NCBI GenBank assembly: GCA_950097015.1
Contig: CATNEN010000003.1
Coordinates: 6,324,001 to 6,388,000, forward strand
Direction: 5' to 3'
DNA from: Macrostomum hystrix
Lineage: Eukaryota > Animalia > Platyhelminthes
DNA length: 64,000 bases
The stretch's first letter is position 1. The number at the start of each line of letters is the position of its first letter. The position numbers and the translations under genes were made by a program. Positions 42,401 to 54,400 of the stretch are shown here, piece by piece. The notes beneath the pieces were generated by a model. That model worked only from the letters and a program-made list of their open reading frames with translations, ran no database searches and had not been told where the DNA came from.

Positions 42401-45400
42401 TCTCATCTCATCTCTTCTCATCTAATCATTTTTCATTTTATCTTTCCTAATCTCATCGAATCTCATTTCATCTAATCTATTCTAATCTCATCTAATCTCG
42501 TCCTATCTCACTAAATCTCATCTCATTTCAACTAATCGTATATAATCTTATCTCATCTCATCTTATCTGATATCATTGTATCTGATCTCAACTAACCTCA
42601 TCTAATCTAATCGCATCTTATCTTATCTTATTTCATATTCAAATTACTATCGTTAGAGACAGAAATAGTAGTCCATTTTTGGCCCCAAAAAGGTGGAATA
42701 CATATAAGCAATACTAAATTTAAACGACTAGGCAAGAACTTTTTTCGGCACAATGGCATGTCATTGCACATAACTTCTGAAGTTTTTTTGGCGTAAGGGT
42801 TAATGGGCTACATATAAGTTTTTTAAAGAAAAAATTGGAAAATGTTCAGCTTCAAAGAACTCTAAGCTTACTAGATTTTGAATACATTCATCGATTTCGA
42901 GAATATAACATTTTGTGAATGGAATCGTCCTTTGAAATGGTCTCTTTGAAGCTTTCTAGATCCATAAAGCCATTCATTAATATAGAATCCTAAAATATAG
43001 CCAGCTACGTGATATTTTTTCAATCTAACTTGACTTTTAGAGTTCCGAATCAAGGTAATTATTTTTTGTCAAAATTTAGTGGCTACAATTATTGTTTTTC
43101 TAGAACAGGGATTTAGGATTCAATAATCCTGATTGGGATTCGTAGAATCCTAATTCGGATTTGTAGAATCCTAATTGGGATTTGAAGAATCATGATTGGG
43201 ATTTGTAGAATCCTGATTGGGATTTGTAGAATCCTGATTGGGATTTGTAGAATCCTTATTGGGATTTGAAGAATCATGGTTGGGTTTTGAAGAATCCTAA
43301 TTGGGATTTGAAGAATCATGATTGGGATTCGAAGAATCCTAATTGGGTTTTGAAGAATCCTGATTGGGATTTGAAGAATCCTGATTGGGATTTGAAGAAT
43401 CATGATTGGGATTCGAAGAATCCTAATTGGGTTTTGAAGAATCCTGGTTGGGTTTTGAAGAATCCTAATTGGGATTTGAAGAATCATGATTGGGATTCGA
43501 AGAATCCTAATTGGGTTTTGAAGAATCATGATTGGGATTCGAAGAATCCTAATCGGGATTTAAAGAATCATGATTGGGTTTTGAAGAATCCTGATTGGGA
43601 TTTGAAGAATCCTGATTGGGATTCGTAGAATCCTAATTTGGATTTGAAGAATCCTAATCGGGATTTAAAGAATCATGATTGGGTTTTGAAGAATCCTGAT
43701 TTTGATTCGTAGAATCCTAATTGGGATTCGTAGAATCCTATTTGGGATATGTAGAATCCTGATTGGGATTTAAAGAATCATGATTTGGATTCGTAGAATC
43801 CTAATTGGGATTTGAAGAATCATGATTGGGTTTTGAAGAATCCTAATTGGGATTCGTAAAATCCTGATTGGGATTTGTAGGATTTAATAAAAGTTTTAAA
43901 CTGTTATTAAGAGTTCTTATTAAGAGTTTTTATTTTAAAAAATAAATCATAAGACAAGTAAAAGTTAAGTGCAATTTAAACCGTCACTGGTCTACAGATA
44001 ATAATTTCTTTGTTCCGAGTCTTTGAATTTATTTCTCCAACTTCAAGCTCAGAAACTCCCGCAAGCATTGCGGGTGGAAGATGGACAAAATTTAGCTCAC
44101 TTTGCTCAGAAGTGCAACGACAAAAAATCTCTTCAGTCCTTTCTCCGTCTTGTTTGCTTTCTAAGGGCTCATCTTGTACTCAAAGACTGCTCACGCACTA
44201 GACCTACGTCGTCTTCCATTTCTTTACTTCTCTGCTTCTGTGCGTCTCTCTAGTCTAGTAAGATGGGGGGAACTTTTTTGCGCTGGTGCCGTAGGGATTT
44301 GTTTGTTCCTCTTCCAACTTTGATTTGATTTTTAAAGCGCTTTCACGTGTAGTTCATCAATTTCTTTATTCCAATGTCATTGAATATTAAGATCTCATTC
44401 CCATCCGATCTATTTCTATGTCTATTTCTATCCCATCCCACTTTCTTCCATTCCATCCCATCTAATTCCATCCGATTCCATCCCATCCAATTCCATCCAA
44501 TTCCATCCCATCCAATTCCATCCCATCCAATTCCATCCCATCCAATTCCATCCCATCCAATTCCATCCCATCCAATTCCATCCCATCCAATTCCATCCCA
44601 TCCAATTCCATCCCATCCAATTCCATCCCATCCAATTCCATCCCATCCAATTCCATCCCATATAATTCCATTCCCTCCAATTCCATCCCGTCCAATTCCA
44701 TCCCATCCAATTCCATCCCATCCAATCCCATTCCATCCAATTCCATTCCCTCTAATTCCATCCCATCCAATCCCATCCCATCCAATCCCATCCCATTCTA
44801 TCCCAGGTATTTCAGGTAGGTATTGAGTAATACAATGCGCTGCTTTAACCCCATCCAATTCAGTGGCCATCGACCAACTGAAAGAAGTTCGACGCGGTCG
44901 AACCACTGCCATCCTGAAAGAGAGCGAAATAGCGTCAAGCTATCCTGCGGATTGTGCCTTCACAGTCATCTACAGCGAGGAATTCCTGTCAATGGATCTG
45001 GTTGCTATGTCGCTTGACGACGCTAACGTTTGGGTCACCGGACTCACCTGCCTTATCAACGGCAGGCCGGGACAGCAGCGTGAGCTGAATTAATATATTA
45101 TCCTCTCTGTCTCTCTTTTCCTCTCCCCTCTGTTTGTGTTTTCCTCTCCCCTCTGTCTCTCCCTTCCTCTCCCCTCTGTCCCTGTTTTCCTCTCCCCTCT
45201 GTCCCTGTTTTCCTCTCCCCTCTGTCTCTCCCTTCCTCTCCCCTCTGTCCCTGTTTTCCTCTCCCCTCTGTCCCTGTTTTCCTCTCCCCTCTGTCCCTGT
45301 TTTCCTCTCCCCTCTGTCCCTGTTTTCCTCTCCCCTCTGTCCCTGTTTTCCTCTCCCCTCTGTCTCTCCCTACCTCTCCCCTCTGTCCCTGTTTTCCTCT

Positions 45401-48400
45401 CCCCTCTGTCTCTCCCTTCCTCTCCCCTCTGTCCCTGTTTTCCTCTCCCCTCTGTCCCTGTTTTCCTCTCCCCTCTGTCCCTGTTTTCCTCTCCCCTCTG
45501 TCCCTGTTTTCCTCTCCCCTCTGTCCCTGTTTTCCTCTCCCCTCTGTCTCTCCCTTCCTCTCCCCTCTGTCCCTGTTTTCCTCTCCCCTCTGTCCCTGTT
45601 TTCCTCTCCCCTCTGTCTCTCCCTACCTCTCCCCTCTGTCCCTGTTTTCCTCTCCCCTCTGTCCCTGTTTTCCTCTCCCCTCTGTCTCTCCCTACCTCTC
45701 CCCTCTGTCCCTGTTTTCCTCTCCCCTCTGTCTCTCCCTTCCTCTCCCCTCTGTCCCTGTTTTCCTCTCCCCTCTGTCTCTCCCTACCTCTCCCCTCTGT
45801 CCCTGTTTTCCTCTCCCCTCTGTCTCTCCCTTCCTCTCCCCTCTGTCCCTGTTTTCCTCTCCCCTCTGTCTCTCCCTACCTCTCCCCTCTGTCCCTGTTT
45901 TCCTCTCCCCTCTGTCTCTCCCTTCCTCTCCCCTCTGTCTCTCCCTTCCTCTCCCCTCTGTCTCTCCCCCTTCCTCTCCCCTCTGTCTCTCCCTTCCTCT
46001 CCCCTCTGTCTCTCCCTTCCTCTCCCCTCTGTCTCACTCCCTTCTATTTCTATATTCTATTTAACGACAGCCAACATAACAATTTTTCAGCCGGCGATAC
46101 AATTGAAAAGCGTCAACTAATGAGAGACCGGTGAGAATTGGGCAACAAATGTTGAAATTAACCTTGCATTTTTAGGACTTCAGCTTTAAGGTTTATGTTG
46201 ACGAAACGATTGCAAACTAACTTTCTTTTTTTGGCCAGATGGCTTGAGGAAGTGTTCTCAGCCGCCTCCTTGGACGAGGATGGCTTCCTAGATGAGCAAG
46301 ATGTTATTCAGCTGATGAAAAAACTTAACAGCGGCGTAAATACGTCCCGGATTAAAAAGAAATTAAAGGTATATAATCCTTTTGGGATCATTCGTTTGAG
46401 ATCTTCACATTTGATCCCGTCACAAATTTGGTCCTATTCTATCTTTATTCATTTTTATCTCGATCCAATCTCTACCTCACAAAAGACCTTGATCCCATCC
46501 CACCTTCACCCCATCCCACCTTGATCCCATCCCACCTTGATCCCATTCCACCTTGATCCCATCCCACCTTGACCCCATTCTACCTTGATCCCATCCCACC
46601 TTGATCCCATTCCACCTTGACCCTATCCCACATTGACCCCATCCAACCTTGACCCTATCCCACCTTGATCCCACACCAAATTGACCCCATCCCACCTTGA
46701 TCCCATGCCACCTTGATCCCATCTCACCTTGATCCCATCCCAACCTTGATCCCATCTCACCTTGACACCCCATCCCACCTTGATCCCATTCCACCTTGAT
46801 CCCAACTCTAATCCCATCCTACTTTAATCTCATCCTACCCTAATGACAACCTACTCTAATCCCATTGTACTCTAATCCCATCCTAGTCTAATCCCATCCT
46901 ACCCAAACCCCACCCGACTCTAATCCCATCCTACTCTAATCCCATCCTACTCTAATCTCATCCTACTCTAATCCCATCCTACTCTAATCCCATCCTACTC
47001 TAATCCCATCCTACTCTAATCCCATCCTACTCTAATCCCATCCTACTCTAATCCCATCCTACTCTAATCCAATCCTACTCTAATCCCATCCTACTCTAAT
47101 CCCATCCTACTCTAATCCCATCCTACTCTAATCCCATCCTACTCTAATCCCATCCTACTCTAATCCCATCCTACTCTAATCCCATCCTACTCTAATCCCA
47201 TCCTGACCTATTATTAAGCCACTTAACCCGTTTATATAGCGCTACATTTTCAATCTTCCAGGAGGTTGACATCACCAACGCGATGTCCTGCCGCGGCCGC
47301 CTTAGCAGCTCCGAGTTTGTCAACCTATTCAAAGAGATTTCAACTAGACCCGAGGTCTACTTTCTACTAGTTAGGTGAGTCCACACGTTGTTCATTTTTT
47401 TCTGCCAAAGAAGAAAAAGAATTGGTCTCGTTGAGTGTTCTCATCTTGTTATCATTGAGTTTTCTCATCTTGTTCTCATTGAGTTTACTCATCTTGTTCT
47501 CATTGAGTTTACTCATCTTGTTCTCATTGAGTTTACTCATCTTGTTCTCATTGAGTTTACTCATCTTGCTCTCATTGAGTTTACTCATCTTGTTCTCATT
47601 GAGCTTACTCATCTTGTTCTCATTGAGTTTACTCATCTTGGTCTCATTGAGTTTACTCATCATGTTCTCATTGAGTTTACTCATCGTGTTCTCATTGAGT
47701 TTACTCATCTTGTTCTCATTGAGTTTACTCATCTTGTTCTCATTGAGTTTACTCATCTTGTTCTCATTGAGTTTACTCATCTTGTTCTCATTGAGTTTAC
47801 TCATCTTGTTCTCATTGAGTTTACTCATCTTGTTCTCATTGAGTTTACTCATCTTGTTCTCATTGAGTTTACTCATCTTGTTCTCATTGAGTTTACTCAT
47901 CTTGCTCTCATTGAGTTTACTCATCTTGTTCTCATTGAGCTTACTCATCTTGTTCTCATTGAGTTTACTCATCTTGTTCTCATTGAGTTTACTCATCTTG
48001 TTCTCATTGAGTTTAGTCATCTTGTTCTCATTGAGTTTTCTCATCTTGTTCTCATTGAGTTTAGTCATCTTGTTCTCATTGAGTTTTCTCATCTTGGTCT
48101 CATTTTGTAAGTGAGTATCGACAAAGTAGTATTATATGGTAATATTATCATTAATTTAAATCGATTTGCTTGTACCATTCTCAGCGTCGGCCTTTGCTTC
48201 CTCCTTAGTTCGTGGATTATTTATTGAATTATTTCAGCTTTTGATTCGTGTCTGTCGTCCAGTCTCTCCCTCTCTGTGTGTTGTTTTTCTCTCACTCGTC
48301 TTGTCCTCACTGGTTTTTTGGTTTACTTGCCTCTGGCGTATATCGATCGATCTGATGCTCATGATCAAAGATTTTGTTTGTGTGTGCTTGAGTGTTCAGC

Positions 48401-51400
48401 TTCAAGGCATTCCGGAGTGCCGCATTTTTGGACTTTATGCCCTAAATTATTTCACTCCTTTCTCTTTTGTACTATGCGCCACTAAATTCTTTACTCAAAT
48501 TTATTTCGCTTGACTTGTAACTCAATTTTCTATACATATCGGAGAGGCTATGGTAATATTTTGTATGATTATGGATTTCCTATTAAATAATTTTGCTGTT
48601 TTAATATGAATGTCTAGGAAAGTACCTACAGTATTAAATAATTAATTTTGACATTCAACTTTTTTAACTTAAAAAAAATTTTGGAAAGTTTTTCGATACA
48701 TATCGGGAAAGGTTATATAAAATTTATTTTCGAGACATATCAGAAAGCCTTATATGAAAGTTATTAAAATAAACATGAAATTAAATTGATTAACTTCATG
48801 ACCTATCCTGGAAAGTTTTATTTTAGTCATATTTCTTCCGAAAAGTCAGTAAAATGATATACATTTTTCAATACATATCGGGGTAAAGAATTTTGTTTCT
48901 TTTCTACGAAAGAGTCCAGTTTTTTTATGAAGTTTTTATCTAAAAAGCTAATACGTTTTACACTTATATCTGTACATGTATCCAATTAAAACTAAATTAG
49001 TTTGCTTTTCGATTATTTCGAAACATATCGGCAACTCTTTTGTCATGCTTATTAACTTCAGATATTCATCCGACGGTGACTATCTGTCAACTGAGGATCT
49101 ACTTATGTTTTTAGAAGCTGAGCAGGGCGTGAGTTAACTGCTACTATTCTATTGTATATTGCTATTGTTTATATTTATAATATAACTTTCACTGAGCGAT
49201 CATTCTATCATTTGTTTTTAAGAACTCCAAAGTCAGCAAAGAGAAATGTTCTGAGATCATCAATCAGTTTGAGCCGTCTAGCGAGGGTCGAGTCAAGGGT
49301 CAGTTAGGAATCGACGGTATGTTCACTTCCCCACTGTGCTCAATTCCCACTGTGCTCAAATTCCACTGTGCTAACTTCACACTTGTGGAGAAGTACTCAC
49401 TTCTCACTGTGCTCACTGTGCTCACTTCTCGCTGTGCTCACTGTGCTCACTTCTCAGTGTGCTCAAATTCCACTGTGCTCACTTCTCACTGTGCTCACTG
49501 TGCTCACTTCTCACTGTGCTCACTGTGCTTACTTCTCACTGTGCTCACTGTGCTTACTTCTCACTGTGCTTACTTCTCACTGTGCTCACTTCTCACTGTG
49601 CTCACTTCTCACTGTGCTCACTTCTCACTGTGCTCACTTCTCACTGTGCTCACTTCTCACTGTGCTCACTTCTCACTGTGCTCACTGTGCTTACTTCTCA
49701 CTGTGCTCACATCCCACTGTGCTCACTTCTCACTGTGCTCACTTCTCACTGTGCTCACTTCTCACTGTGCTCACTTCTCACTGTGCTCACTTCTCACTGT
49801 GCTCACATCCCACTGTGCTCACTTCTCACTGTGCTCACTGTGCTCACTTCTCACTGTGCTCACTTCTCACTGTGCTCACTTCTCACTGTGCTCACTTCTC
49901 ACTGTGCTCACATCCCACTGTGCTCACTTCTCACTATGCTCACATCCCACTGTGCTCACTTCTCACTGTGCTCACTTCTCACTGTGCTCACTTCTCACTG
50001 TGCTCACTTCTCACTGTGCTCACTTCTCACTATGCGCACATCCCACTGTGCGCACATCCCACTGTGCTCACTTCTCACTGTACTCACTTCTTACTGTGCT
50101 CACTTCCCACTGAACTTCCCACTGAATTTCACAGGCTTCCTTCCTACTGTGCTCACTATGTCTAAGAAATATTTCCTATGGCCTATTCTATTCACTCATA
50201 TACGGCCTCACTTAAGTCATCCATCTTTATTGAAAAAAATGCTAGTAATCTGCAGATTTGCAGGTCCTCGGAGTAGAAATATCCTAATCTCACTCAAATC
50301 CCAAAATTCCCCCATATTCCTCTTTTTCCTAAAATCCCAATTCCCCAATTTATTGATTTGCCAGGCTTCACAGCGTTTCTACAGTCGGAATTTTGCGATA
50401 TTTTCGATCCGGAACAGTTGACAATGTGCCAGGATATGGACCAGCCACTGCCACACTATTTCATCAACTCTTCTCACAACACGTCAGTGTTTCTATTTTT
50501 GCTTACTAATGCCTGATTTTGTACTTTTTTGTCTTCAATTGCTATAGCCTCTTTAACCATTGAAGATATAAAGTTATCTTTATACCTGAAGTTTTTTACC
50601 TGTGGTCCACTTAAAGACCTGAAGGTTTCTAACGACCTGAAGGTTTCTAAAGGCCTGAAGGTTTCTAAAGACCTGAAGGTTTCTAAAGACCTGAAGGTTT
50701 CTAAAGCCTGAAAGTTTCTAAAGACCTGAAGGTTTCTAAAGACCTGAAGGTTTCTAAAGCCTGAAAGTTTCTAAAGACCTGAAGGTTTCTAAAGACCTGA
50801 AGGTTTCTAAAGCCTTGAAGGTTTATAACGACCTGAAGGTTTCTAAAGCCTTGAAGGTTTCTAACGACCTGAAGGTTTGTAACGACCTGAAGGTTTGTAA
50901 CGACCTGAAGGTTTGTAACGACCTGAAGGTTTGTAACGACCTGAAGGTTACTAAGGCCTGAAAAAGTTAAAAGAAAAGAGGTAAAAGAAAAGTCACTAGA
51001 GGATCTGAACTGATTACCATGCAGTAGAATTATGAAGTATGTATACAGCACTTTCGCTTTTCCATCAATATTTCAGTTACCTACTGGAAGATCAGCTGAA
51101 GGGCAGGTCGAGTTGTGAAGGCTATCAACGAGCTCTGAAATCCCAAGTTCGCTATATTGAATGTGAGAAAATTGAAGCCTACACACCTAGTACTAATACT
51201 CTTAATGTATTTCTCACCCAACACCGAATCCCATCCCCACACCAATTCCCATCCCCACACCAAATCCCATCCCCACACCAATTCCCACACCAAATCCCAT
51301 CCCTACACCAAATCCCATCCCCACACCAATTCCCATCCCCACAACGAATCCCATCCCCACACCAATTCCCACACCAAATCCCATCCCTACACCAAATCCC

Positions 51401-54400
51401 ATCCCCACACCAATTCTCATCCCCACACCAATTCCCATCCCCACACCAAATCCCATCCCTACACCAAATCCCATCCCCACACCAAATCCCCATCCCCACA
51501 CTAAATACCATCCACACACCAAATCCCATCCCTACACCAAATCCCATCCACACACCAAATCCCATCCCTACACCAAATCCCATCCTCACACCAATTCTCA
51601 TCCCCACACCAATTCTCATCCCCACACCAATTCCCATCCCCACACCAAATCCCATCCTACACCGAATCCCATCCCCACACCAAATCCCATCCCCACACCA
51701 AATCCCATCCCCACACCAATTCTCATCCCCACACCAATTCCCATCCCCACACCAAATCCCATCCCCACACCAATTCTCATCCCCACACCAATTCCCATCC
51801 CCACACCAAATCCCATCCCTACACCAAATCCCATCCACACACCAAATCCCATCCCTACACCAAATCCCATCCCCACACCAATTCTCATCCCCACACCAAT
51901 TCCCATCCCCACACCAAATCCCATCCTACACCGAATCCCATCCCCACACCAAATCCCATCCCCACACCAAATCCCATCCCCACACCAATTCTCATCCCCA
52001 CACCAATTCCCATCCCCACACCAAATCCCATCCCCACACCAATTCTCATCCCCACACCAATTCCCATCCCCACACCAAATCCCATCCCTACACCGAATCC
52101 CATCCACACACCAAATCCAATCCCTACACCAAATCCCATCCCCACACACCAATTCTCATCCCCACACCGATTCCCATCCCCACACCAAATCCCCATCCCC
52201 ACACTAAATACCATCCACACACCAAATCCCATCCCCACATCGAATCCCACCCCCACACCGAATCCCATCCACACACCAAATCCCATCCCCACATCGAATC
52301 CTATCCACACACCGAATCCCATCCCCACTCCAAATCCCATCCCCACATCGAATCCCATCCACACACCGAATCCCACCCCCACATCGAATCCCATCCCCAC
52401 ATCGAATCGCATCCCCACACCGAATCCCACCCCCACACCGAATTCCACCCCCACACCGAATCCCACCCCCACACCGAATCCCACCCCCACACCGAATCCC
52501 ATCCCCACATCGAATCCCATCCCCACATCGAATCCCATCCACACACCGAATCCCATCCCCACACCGGCTACGAATACTAACTCATGTGCTCAAAAATCAT
52601 TTCAGTGGAAGTTTGGAGCGGTCCAAACGATGAGCCAATAATTTATCACGGGCACACCCTAACTAGCAAGATTGGACTGCAGGACGTGCTGGACACTGTG
52701 CGACAGTTCGCTTTCTACAATACTGAGTGAGTACCGCATGGGTTTGGGTATGGGCTTGAGGTGTGGGTATGGGTTTGAGGTGTGGGTATGGGTTTGAGGT
52801 GTGGGTATGGGTTTGAGGTGTGGGTATGGGTTTGAGGTGTGGGTATGGGTTTGAGGTGTGGGTATGGGTTTGAGGTGTGGGTATGGGTTTGAGGTGTGGG
52901 TATGGGTTTGAGGTGTGGGTATGGGTTTGAGGTGTGGGTATGGGTTTGAGGTGTGGGTATGGGTTTGAGGTGTGGGTATAGGTTTGAGGTGTGGGTATGG
53001 GTTTGAGGTGTGGGTATGGGTTTGAGGTGTGGGTATGGGTTTGAGGTGTGGGTATGGGTTTGAGGTGTGGGTATGGGTTTGAGGTGTGGGGTGAGTGGCA
53101 GAGTGGTCTAACGCGTTTGCCTCTCGCACCAAGGTCCCTGAGCTCGATTCCGCGTCGAGGCCACAATTATTTGAGGGGCAGCCGCGGAGAGAAGGCTTGG
53201 GGGCTTGTCGTGCAATTGACGCCATTGAGGGCCAACCTCCGCAGTGCTAGTGTACACTGCCTGACGATGAGAAAGTCAGGGCAAATGGTCACACTTGTGT
53301 GAGCGTGTGCCTGCGTACAGCATCTGTATGCGCGTGTGCTCAGGAGTCAGCGAAATGGGCAGAATTGCCTCCTCGCTGGCTGCGGGTCTAGTGTCACTAA
53401 ATAATGTGCCATTGCCTGCAGCCCTCCTGCACTAATAATAGTAATTATTATTATTATGTTTTGGTTGTGGGGAATGTTATCGTGATTTGTTTAAAAGGCT
53501 TAGAAGTTTTTCAGTTTGAGGTTCTTCTCCTTCTAATTTATCACAGTTTTTTTTGTGCGAAAAAACAACTCATTAAACATTTTTAGGCCTTTTCACAAGA
53601 ATTGTTAAGCGAATCTCAGCCACATCACATTGTCTGCTTTTTAAAGCAACTTGATAAAATTACGAGCATAGCTTTATAATTGGAAACCGAAGATTACAAT
53701 TATCCCATCCGACCTGCTCATTAGACTCAGGCGGATGTTGTTTCGCCTGTCCGTCTCATTAAAAAAATTTGTCTTCTCTTTCTGGTTATTTTTCTTTTCT
53801 GCTAAATTGGCGTCCAATGCGAGGCCAAGCATTTTTATTTGGCTTTGTTAGAAACACGAGAAAGTACTGTGATAGAAGGTATCCCATAGCTAGAATGCAA
53901 TAATTGATTGCGCCTGCAACTCTAGAATCATTATCTACTCGTCTAGGAATCACTTTTTATAATTCTATAATCCATAATCTATAAATCATAGAATCCAAAT
54001 TTATAGATCTTAGAATCCAAATCTATAGTTCTTAGAATCCAAATCTATAGATCTTAGAATCAACATCTATAGATCCTAGAATCAACATCTATAGATCCTA
54101 GAATCTAAATCTATAAATCCTAGAATCTAAATCTATAAATCCTAGAATCTAAATCTACAAATCCTAGAATCTAAATCTGTAGATCATAGAATCCGCGTCC
54201 ATTAATTCTAGAAATCAAATCTATAAATCCTGGAATCCAAATCTATGAATCCTAGAATCAAAATCTAAAAATCCTAGAATCAAAATCTATAAATCCTAGA
54301 ATCTAAATCTATCGATTCTAGAATCCGTGTCTATAAATCCTATAATCTAAATCTATAGATCAAAGAATCCGCGTCCATTAATTCTAGAATTCAAATCTAT

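Noticed and set aside
51039-52580. 513-aa His/Pro-rich ORF
   Set aside because: Only 51077-51162 is PLC exon 10; the rest is read-through into the 18-bp array.
52737-53090. Interstitial telomeric repeat
   Set aside because: The unit is a 19-bp GT-rich sequence without TTAGGG.
53260-53375. Hammerhead ribozyme in SINE A (CTGACGA ... CGAAA)
   Set aside because: CTGAC is tied up in a hairpin with GTCAG, there is no G-C closing pair for stem II, and no stem III/NUH geometry could be built by eye.
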